DNA of 64,000 bases from contig LSRY02000051.1 of assembly GCA_001643675.2 (NCBI GenBank), positions 1 through 64,000 of the forward strand, read 5' to 3'. Position 1 is the stretch's first letter. Each line of letters starts with the position of its first letter. Of this stretch, positions 27,301 through 37,623 are shown in pieces. The translations under genes and the position numbers were made by a program. A model generated the notes under the pieces. That model saw nothing but the letters and a program-made list of their open reading frames with translations. It was not told the origin of the DNA and did not search any database. The DNA is from Monocercomonoides exilis PA203 (taxonomy: Eukaryota; Protista; Preaxostyla).

Positions 27301-30300
27301 CCGGAAGGAACGCGCTGCGCGCTGCCCTAGGCCTTTTCCAGTCAATTTCCCTTATTAACCGAATTTTCTTTGTTTTTTTTTTTGCGGGGCGGGGAGGGCG
27401 CGGTGAGTGGTGTGGCCTGCTGTGCAGGCCACAGGAGCCAGGGGGCTATTTACACAAATTTTGTAATTTTTGTCGAAAAAGAAGTATTGAGAATAATTGG
27501 TGTTGAGTGATATTTCGGGTGAGAGGGCCTTCTCAGAGGGAAAAAGCCTTCCCACCCAAAAATATCAATGAAATATTTCTCAAAACTTCACCAAGTGATG
27601 TGACAATGCAAGAGAGTGTGATGGGAGAGCGTTGCAAGGCGCTCCCCACTCTCGACGAGCCGGAAGGAACGCGCTGCGCGCTGCCCTAGGCCTTTTCCAG
27701 TCAATTTCCCTTATTAACCGAATTTTCTTTGTTTTTTTTTTTGCGGGGCGGGGAGGGCGCGGTGAGTGGTGTGGCCTGCTGTGCAGGCCACAGGAGCCAG
27801 GGGGCTATTTACACAAATTTTGTAATTTTTGTCGAAAAAGAAGTATTGAGAATAATTGGTGTTGAGTGATATTTCGGGTGAGAGGGCCTTCTCAGAGGGA
27901 AAAGCCTTCCCACCCAAAAATATCAATGAAATATTTCTCAAAACTTCACCAAGTGATGTGACAATGCAAGAGAGTGTGATGGGAGAGCGTTGCAAGGCGC
28001 TCCCCACTCTCGACGAGCCGGAAGGAACGCGCTGCGCGCTGCCCTAGGCCTTTTCCAGTCAATTTCCCTTATTAACCGAATTTTCTTTGTTTTTTTTTTT
28101 GCGGGGCGGGGAGGGCGCGGTGAGTGGTGTGGCCTGCTGTGCAGGCCACAGGAGCCAGGGGGCTATTTACACAAATTTTGTAATTTTTGTCGAAAAAGAA
28201 GTATTGAGAATAATTGGTGTTGAGTGATATTTCGGGTGAGAGGGCCTTCTCAGAGGGAAAAAGCCTTCCCACCCAAAAATATCAATGAAATATTTCTCAA
28301 AACTTCACCAAGTGATGTGACAATGCAAGAGAGTGTGATGGGAGAGCGTTGCAAGGCGCTCCCCACTCTCGACGAGCCGGAAGGAACGCGCTGCGCGCTG
28401 CCCTAGGCCTTTTCCAGTCAATTTCCCTTATTAACCGAATTTTCTTTGTTTTTTTTTGCGGGGCGGGGAGGGCGCGGTGAGTGGTGTGGCCTGCTGTGCA
28501 GGCCACAGGAGCCAGGGGGCTATTTACACAAATTTTGTAATTTTTGTCGAAAAAGAAGTATTGAGAATAATTGGTGTTGAGTGATATTTCGGGTGAGAGG
28601 GCCTTCTCAGAGGGAAAAAGCCTTCCCACCCAAAAATATCAATGAAATATTTCTCAAAACTTCACCAAGTGATGTGACAATGCAAGAGAGTGTGATGGGA
28701 GAGCGTTGCAAGGCGCTCCCCACTCTCGACGAGCCGGAAGGAACGCGCTGCGCGCTGCCCTAGGCCTTTTCCAGTCAATTTCCCTTATTAACCGAATTTT
28801 CTTTGTTTTTTTGCGGGGCGGGGAGGGCGCGGTGAGTGGTGTGGCCTGCTGTGCAGGCCACAGGAGCCAGGGGGCTATTTACACAAATTTTGTAATTTTT
28901 GTCGAAAAAGAAGTATTGAGAATAATTGGTGTTGAGTGATATTTCGGGTGAGAGGGCCTTCTCAGAGGGAAAAAGCCTTCCCACCCAAAAATATCAATGA
29001 AATATTTCTCAAAACTTCACCAAGTGATGTGACAATGCAAGAGAGTGTGATGGGAGAGCGTTGCAAGGCGCTCCCCACTCTCGACGAGCCGGAAGGAACG
29101 CGCTGCGCGCTGCCCTAGGCCTTTTCCAGTCAATTTCCCTTATTAACCGAATTTTCTTTGTTTTTTTTTTTGCGGGGCGGGGAGGGCGCGGTGAGTGGTG
29201 TGGCCTGCTGTGCAGGCCACAGGAGCCAGGGGGCTATTTACACAAATTTTGTAATTTTTGTCGAAAAAGAAGTATTGAGAATAATTGGTGTTGAGTGATA
29301 TTTCGGGTGAGAGGGCCTTCTCAGAGGGAAAAAGCCTTCCCACCCAAAAATATCAATGAAATATTTCTCAAAACTTCACCAAGTGATGTGACAATGCAAG
29401 AGAGTGTGATGGGAGAGCGTTGCAAGGCGCTCCCCACTCTCGACGAGCCGGAAGGAACGCGCTGCGCGCTGCCCTAGGCCTTTTCCAGTCAATTTCCCTT
29501 ATTAACCGAATTTTCTTTGTTTTTTTTTGCGGGGCGGGGAGGGCGCGGTGAGTGGTGTGGCCTGCTGTGCAGGCCACAGGAGCCAGGGGGCTATTTACAC
29601 AAATTTTGTAATTTTTGTCGAAAAAGAAGTATTGAGAATAATTGGTGTTGAGTGATATTTCGGGTGAGAGGGCCTTCTCAGAGGGAAAAAGCCTTCCCAC
29701 CCAAAAATATCAATGAAATATTTCTCAAAACTTCACCAAGTGATGTGACAATGCAAGAGAGTGTGATGGGAGAGCGTTGCAAGGCGCTCCCCACTCTCGA
29801 CGAGCCGGAAGGAACGCGCTGCGCGCTGCCCTAGGCCTTTTCCAGTCAATTTCCCTTATTAACCGAATTTTCTTTGTTTTTTTTTTTGCGGGGCGGGGAG
29901 GGCGCGGTGAGGTGGTGTGGCCTGCTGTGCAGGCCACAGGAGCCAGGGGGCTATTTACACAAATTTTGTAATTTTTGTCGAAAAAGAAGTATTGAGAATA
30001 ATTGGTGTTGAGTGATATTTCGGGTGAGAGGGCCTTCTCAGAGGGAAAAGCCTTCCCACCCAAAAATATCAATGAAATATTTCTCAAAACTTCACCAAGT
30101 GATGTGACAATGCAAGAGAGTGTGATGGGAGAGCGTTGCAAGGCGCTCCCCACTCTCGACGAGCCGGAAGGAACGCGCTGCGCGCTGCCCTAGGCCTTTT
30201 CCAGTCAATTTCCCTTATTAACCGAATTTTCTTTTGTTTTTTTTTTTGCGGGGCGGGGAGGGCGCGGTGAGTGGTGTGGCCTGCTGTGCAGGCCACAGGA

Positions 30301-33300
30301 GCCAGGGGGCTATTTACACAAATTTTGTAATTTTTGTCGAAAAAGAAGTATTGAGAATAATTGGTGTTGAGTGATATTTCGGGTGAGAGGGCCTTCTCAG
30401 AGGGAAAAAGCCTTCCCACCCAAAAATATCAATGAAATATTTCTCAAAACTTCACCAAGTGATGTGACAATGCAAGAGAGTGTGATGGGAGAGCGTTGCA
30501 AGGCGCTCCCCACTCTCGACGAGCCGGAAGGAACGCGCTGCGCGCTGCCCTAGGCCTTTTCCAGTCAATTTCCCTTATTAACCGAATTTTCTTTGTTTTT
30601 TTTTTTGCGGGGCGGGGAGGGCGCGGTGAGTGGTGTGGCCTGCTGTGCAGGCCACAGGAGCCAGGGGGCTATTTACACAAATTTTGTAATTTTTGTCGAA
30701 AAAGAAGTATTGAGAATAATTGGTGTTGAGTGATATTTCGGGTGAGAGGGCCTTCTCAGAGGGAAAAAGCCTTCCCACCCAAAAATATCAATGAAATATT
30801 TCTCAAAACTTCACCAAGTGATGTGACAATGCAAGAGAGTGTGATGGGAGAGCGTTGCAAGGCGCTCCCCACTCTCGACGAGCCGGAAGGAACGCGCTGC
30901 GCGCTGCCCTAGGCCTTTTCCAGTCAATTTCCCTTATTAACCGAATTTTCTTTTGTTTTTTTTTTTTGCGGGGCGGGGAGGGCGCGGTGAGTGGTGTGGC
31001 CTGCTGTGCAGGCCACAGGAGCCAGGGGGCTATTTACACAAATTTTGTAATTTTTGTCGAAAAAGAAGTATTGAGAATAATTGGTGTTGAGTGATATTTC
31101 GGGTGAGAGGGCCTTCTCAGAGGGAAAAAGCCTTCCCACCCAAAAATATCAATGAAATATTTCTCAAAACTTCACCAAGTGATGTGACAATGCAAGAGAG
31201 TGTGATGGGAGAGCGTTGCAAGGCGCTCCCCACTCTCGACGAGCCGGAAGGAACGCGCTGCGCGCTGCCCTAGGCCTTTTCCAGTCAATTTCCCTTATTA
31301 ACCGAATTTTCTTTGTTTTTTTTGCGGGGCGGGGAGGGCGCGGTGAGGTGGTGTGGCCTGCTGTGCAGGCCACAGGAGCCAGGGGGCTATTTACACAAAT
31401 TTTGTAATTTTTGTCGAAAAAGAAGTATTGAGAATAATTGGTGTTGAGTGATATTTCGGGTGAGAGGGCCTTCTCAGAGGGGAAAAAGCCTTCCCACCCA
31501 AAAATATCAATGAAATATTTCTCAAAACTTCACCAAGTGATGTGACAATGCAAGAGAGTGTGATGGGAGAGCGTTGCAAGGCGCTCCCCACTCTCGACGA
31601 GCCGGAAGGAACGCGCTGCGCGCTGCCCTAGGCCTTTTCCAGTCAATTTCCCTTATTAACCGAATTTTCTTTGTTTTTTTGCGGGGCGGGGAGGGCGCGG
31701 TGAGTGGTGTGGCCTGCTGTGCAGGCCACAGGAGCCAGGGGGCTATTTACACAAATTTTGTAATTTTTGTCGAAAAAGAAGTATTGAGAATAATTGGTGT
31801 TGAGTGATATTTCGGGTGAGAGGGCCTTCTCAGAGGGAAAAAAGCCTTCCCACCCAAAAATATCAATGAAATATTTCTCAAAACTTCACCAAGTGATGTG
31901 ACAATGCAAGAGAGTGTGATGGGAGAGCGTTGCAAGGCGCTCCCCACTCTCGACGAGCCGGAAGGAACGCGCTGCGCGCTGCCCTAGGCCTTTTCCAGTC
32001 AATTTCCCTTATTAACCGAATTTTCTTTGTTTTTTTTTGCGGGGCGGGGAGGGCGCGGTGAGTGGTGTGGCCTGCTGTGCAGGCCACAGGAGCTCAGGGG
32101 GCTATTTACACAAATTTTGTAATTTTTGTCGAAAAAGAAGTATTGAGAATAATTGGTGTTGAGTGATATTTCGGGTGAGAGGGCCTTCTCAGAGGGAAAA
32201 AGCCTTCCCACCCAAAAATATCAATGAAATATTTCTCAAAACTTCACCAAGTGATGTGACAATGCAAGAGAGTGTGATGGGAGAGCGTTGCAAGGCGCTC
32301 CCCACTCTCGACGAGCCGGAAGGAACGCGCTGCGCGCTGCCCTAGGCCTTTTCCAGTCAATTTCCCTTATTAACCGAATTTTCTTTTGTTTTTTTTTTTG
32401 CGGGGCGGGGAGGGCGCGGTGAGGTGGTGTGGCCTGCTGTGCAGGCCACAGGAGCCAGGGGGCTATTTACACAAATTTTGTAATTTTTGTCGAAAAAGAA
32501 GTATTGAGAATAATTGGTGTTGAGTGATATTTCGGGTGAGAGGGCCTTCTCAGAGGGAAAAAGCCTTCCCACCCAAAAATATCAATGAAATATTTCTCAA
32601 AACTTCACCAAGTGATGTGACAATGCAAGAGAGTGTGATGGGAGAGCGTTGCAAGGCGCTCCCCACTCTCGACGAGCCGGAAGGAACGCGCTGCGCGCTG
32701 CCCTAGGCCTTTTCCAGTCAATTTCCCTTATTAACCGAATTTTCTTTGTTTTTTTTTTTGCGGGGCGGGGAGGGCGCGGTGAGTGGTGTGGCCTGCTGTG
32801 TGAGCCACAGGGGGCTATTTACACAAATTTTGTAATTTTTGTCGAAAAGAAGTATTGAGAATAATTGGTGTTGAGTGATATTTCGGGTGAGAGGGCCTTC
32901 TCAGAGGGAAAAAGCCTTCCCACCCAAAAATATCAATGAAATATTTCTCAAAACTTCACCAAGTGATGTGACAATGCAAGAGAGTGTGATGGGAGAGCGT
33001 TGCAAGGCGCTCCCCACTCTCGACGAGCCGGAAGGAACGCGCTGCGCGCTGCCCTAGGCCTTTTCCAGTCAATTTCCCTTATTAACCGAATTTTCTTTGT
33101 TTTTTTTTGCGGGGCGGGGAGGGCGCGGTGAGGTGGTGTGGCCTGCTGTGCAGGCCACAGGAGCCAGGGGGCTATTTACACAAATTTTGTAATTTTTGTC
33201 GAAAAAGAAGTATTGAGAATAATTGGTGTTGAGTGATATTTCGGGTGAGAGGGCCTTCTCAGAGGGAAAAAGCCTTCCCACCCAAAAATATCAATGAAAT

Positions 33301-34795
33301 ATTTCTCAAAACTTCACCAAGTGATGTGACAATGCAAGAGAGTGTGATGGGAGAGCGTTGCAAGGCGCTCCCCACTCTCGACGAGCCGGAAGGAACGCGC
33401 TGCGCGCTGCCCTAGGCCTTTTCCAGTCAATTTCCCTTATTAACCGAATTTTCTTTGTTTTTTTTTGCGGGGCGGGGAGGGCGCGGTGAGTGGTGTGGCC
33501 TGCTGTGCAGGCCACAGGAGCCAGGGGGCTATTTACACAAATTTTGTAATTTTTGTCGAAAAAGAAGTATTGAGAATAATTGGTGTTGAGTGATATTTCG
33601 GGTGAGAGGGCCTTCTCAGAGGGAAAAAGCCTTCCCACCCAAAAATATCAATGAAATATTTCTCAAAACTTCACCAAGTGATGTGACAATGCAAGAGAGT
33701 GTGATGGGAGAGCGTTGCAAGGCGCTCCCCACTCTCGACGAGCCGGAAGGAACGCGCTGCGCGCTGCCCTAGGCCTTTTCCAGTCAATTTCCCTTATTAA
33801 CCGAATTTTCTTTGTTTTTTTTTTGCGGGGCGGGGAGGGCGCGGTGAGTGGTGTGGCCTGCTGTGCAGGCCACAGGAGCCAGGGGGCTATTTACACAAAT
33901 TTTGTAATTTTTGTCGAAAAAGAAGTATTGAGAATAATTGGTGTTGAGTGATATTTCGGGTGAGAGGGCCTTCTCAGAGGGAAAAAGCCTTCCCACCCAA
34001 AAATATCAATGAAATATTTCTCAAAACTTCACCAAGTGATGTGACAATGCAAGAGAGTGTGATGGGAGAGCGTTGCAAGGCGCTCCCCACTCTCGACGAG
34101 CCGGAAGGAACGCGCTGCGCGCTGCCCTAGGCCTTTTCCAGTCAATTTCCCTTATTAACCGAATTTTCTTTGTTTTTTTTTTGCGGGGCGGGGAGGGCGC
34201 GGTGAGTGGTGTGGCCTGCTGTGCAGGCCACAGGAGCCAGGGGGCTATTTACACAAATTTTGTAATTTTTGTCGAAAAAGAAGTATTGAGAATAATTGGT
34301 GTTGAGTGATATTTCGGGTGAGAGGGCCTTCTCAGAGGGAAAAAGCCTTCCCACCCAAAAATATCAATGAAATATTTCTCAAAACTTCACCAAGTGATGT
34401 GACAATGCAAGAGAGTGTGATGGGAGAGCGTTGCAAGGCGCTCCCCACTCTCGACGAGCCGGAAGGAACGCGCTGCGCGCTGCCCTAGGCCTTTTCCAGT
34501 CAATTTCCCTTATTAACCGAATTTTCTTTGTTTTTTTTTTGCGGGGCGGGGAGGGCGCGGTGAGTGGTGTGGCCTGCACAGCAGGCCACAGGAGCCAGGG
34601 GGCTATTTACACAAATTTTGTAATTTTTGTCGAAAAAGAAGTATTGAGAATAATTGGTGTTGAGTGATATTTCGGGTGAGAGGGCCTTCTCAGAGGGAAA
34701 AAGCCTTCCCACCCAAAAATATCAATGAAATATTTCTCAAAACTTCACCAAGTGATGTGACAATGCAAGAGAGTGTGATGGGAGAGCGTTGCAAG

Positions 34796-34907
34796 GCGCT
34801 CCCCACTCTCGACGAGCCGAAGTCACGTCGCTTCGCACAAAATGCTCGCTTCGCTCGCATTTCGTGCTCGCTCCTTAGACTTTTGCTCGTCGAGCTTAGG
34901 GGAGCGC
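34796..34907 (-). other. 112-nt fold-back spanning the array/unique-DNA junction, capped by a GCGAAGC mini-hairpin on the bottom strand
   Basis: Arms: gcgctcccc(34796-804)/ggggagcgc(34899-907), ctcgacgagc(34808-817)/gctcgtcgag(34885-894), aagtc/gactt, gcacaaaatgc(34835-845)/gcatttcgtgc(34857-867). Loop tcgcttcgctc reads GAGCGAAGCGA on the minus strand. Confidence 0.9.
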
Positions 34908-37623
34908 TATTATTTTTTTTTTTTAATTTTTAAATTTTTATTTTATCATTTTGCATCGAATGTATTTATTTTATATTTTTTTGAAAATTATCAAAAATAC
35001 CATATTATAATTTTATGTAATATAGCATTTGCAAAAACTATGAAACGAATTGATTTTGAGTGATACATCCTCAACATTCGTTAACAAATCATTCTTACGT
35101 CTTGTTTCATGTATGTGCTGTTTTCTTTACATTTATTTTTCCGTTCTGATATGTTGCACATTTTGTGATAGATTTCTTGACTAGCTGTTTGTATTTCGTG
35201 CAATCATCGTAATATTCATTACAAATCTTTTACAGACAAAAGATCTTCATCACTAAATTTTATTCTTCATCCGATTTCATTCCATCATAACAATTCGCAA
35301 TAATTGTGACATTATTTTTTCAGATCTCAATGAATGCAACAAATCAAGAGAAATCTTAAAGAAAATATTTTATCGTTCATTCAATAATTGTTTTTCAAAC
35401 CTTTATGCAACAAACAACAAGTATCTCTTCTAGTCCTTTGTTTTCCGAAAGTTCGTAAGCAATTTCATGATAATTTGAGAAATACTACATTTCATTTTAT
35501 ATCACTCTCAATAAAAAGTCAAAAAAATTATCAAATAAATTGAATATTTTTATTTTTTATTAAATATTGATGTCAAACCTTGATTTCATTAAAACTTCAA
35601 ATAAAACTAGACTGAATTCAAGTAATCATAATGACATTAATCAATGAACTTCAATGAAAATGTATATTCTTATTATTATCAACAGTTTATCTTGTTGATA
35701 ATGAAAATCATCGATGATGTCCTTTCAATTAACGTAATGTCCTTCTTGATTTCATTTCAAGCTCATTCCAGCCAATTCTTTTCTTCCACAACAGATCCGA
35801 ATAATATCATCAATTGTTTTTCACAACGAATTTGTGCCAATGCGTTGAGAAAAAATGTCGACTGTCATTCATGTTTCATATTCGATCAAACTTCATTTCA
35901 TGAAAATTTTTTCTTTAGTGGATTTTCCTTTATCAGCATTTTTCCATCTTTGCATCTTGTTCCAGCTTAACAAATTACTTTTTTCTTTTTGCGCTATCTT
36001 CGTTCATCTTTTAACTTCATCACAGCTATTTCGTTTGCTCAAAACATAAATTCTTTCTTTTAATGTCATTAATCAATGAAAATATAAACATTTATAAAAT
36101 AACTTTCGCTAACAATGCACACACTTTTTATATCATCTAATGTTTGAATGACTGCTTGACAAAATTCTGATTTGTTTGAAAAAAACTTGCTGTATCAAAT
36201 TATGATCACAATGAATACCATACAAAAAAATATATAGAACAAAACATTCAATAACAATTTATTTATCGAAATCAGCAAAGTGAAATAAAAATGAAACGCA
36301 AAATCCTTATTTTGTTTGAAAATTATTCTTCAATTATGTTAAAATCTGTAATAGTGCAGTCTGATTCACATATTTTTTGTCTCATTTATTTTGTATTTTG
36401 TTCTGCTTTCTTCCTCATGCAAATATCGAACATCTCTATTCAATAGAGTGAATGCAAAGATTTATCCATGCGCACTGTTGAGAATTACCTTTGAAACAGA
36501 GATTATTTGAAAAAAAACCAAACCAAGTTATGTGTTCAAACAGAATTGAAAGAAACTGATTCTGATTCAAAACTTTTGCTATTCGTTGTGCTTTGTTATT
36601 TGGTATTTGGATGCATCGTGAAATATCTTTTCTGCATTCAGATTGAATGAAGATGCTCCAACAAAATGATTAAAGAAAGCAATCATTCACATTTCACATG
36701 ATTCAAATGAATTTTCCAATTTCATCATTCAGCAGTTTTTGGTGAAATAGTACTTTGCCCATTTTTGTGTTATCATGAATAACTTTTCTTTAACTAAAAC
36801 AATTCAATTTTGCTTTTGTTTTCTCGTTAGAATAATCGATAACAACATGATCTTCCAAAAACCAATTCATTATTCTTTGTACTTGATGATTGTTTCATTC
36901 GACTTTCTTTAATTCCTCTTGTTCAGATGACAAAGAAATTAATTATCATCGCCATTTTCAACGATCGAACGGAGACAAAAACAAATCTTTCTAAGAACAT
37001 TTCTCGAATCGCCATTTGTTTCTTTTGCAAAACAAATGAATAACAAAAACTCTTGATAAACTCAATTTCTGAAAAATGTTGCAATGCATTTGATTGTGAA
37101 TATATCTCATTTAAAGAAGAAACGATGATGAATGACTTGAATGAACTCATTGATATTTAATGATCAACCATCACAATTCATTTGTTTGTGATCATCGTAT
37201 TCGTTCATTAAATATGCGTTTCATGGATTCCTATTCTAATTAGCTTTCATTGTGCTGTCTGCAACCTCCTTCCATCATTGAGAATGTTCACCAGGCTTAA
37301 AACGTCAACAACAAGTTTGCTTTTGTTTTCCTACTCAAATCTAATTAAATTATCCTTCATTTGTTGCAACATTTATCTCAGTCCACATATATAATCTTTT
37401 GTCACAGAAAGATTGGTGTTTTTAATGTTGCAAAACACGAAAAATTAAAAACTCAATTTAAAACATTTCACGCTTTTATTAAAACCTCTCTTTTTATCGG
37501 AATGTTTGTGTATGAATTAATAAAAAACAATTGTACTGATTGAATATGAAAAAAAGATAATGAGAATATAAACAAACAGTAAGCGCCCTGTGGAAATGAA
37601 CTTCCAAACAATAATAAAGAGTG

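Larger units (their letters stand above)
6054..34819. repeat. Subtelomeric tandem array of a ~358-bp unit; 80 complete copies (one with an internal deletion) plus a partial copy
   Basis: Unit aattttgtaatttttgtcgaaaaagaagtattgag...ggggctatttacaca recurs every 355-361 bp. Differences are mostly homopolymer lengths plus a TGT/ACA loop variant. Copies were counted by eye. Confidence 0.99.

Noticed and set aside
6054-34819. CRISPR-like array
   Set aside because: No unique spacers, a 358-bp period, no cas genes and a eukaryotic context.
6104-34933. Numerous 60-230-aa ORFs on both strands of the array
   Set aside because: Translations of a non-coding repeat; frames change with homopolymer length and show no protein motifs.
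34910-37600. Possible additional element genes between the hairpin and the YR gene (also 4900-6000)
   Set aside because: Only stop-riddled AT-rich frames; no identifiable domain.
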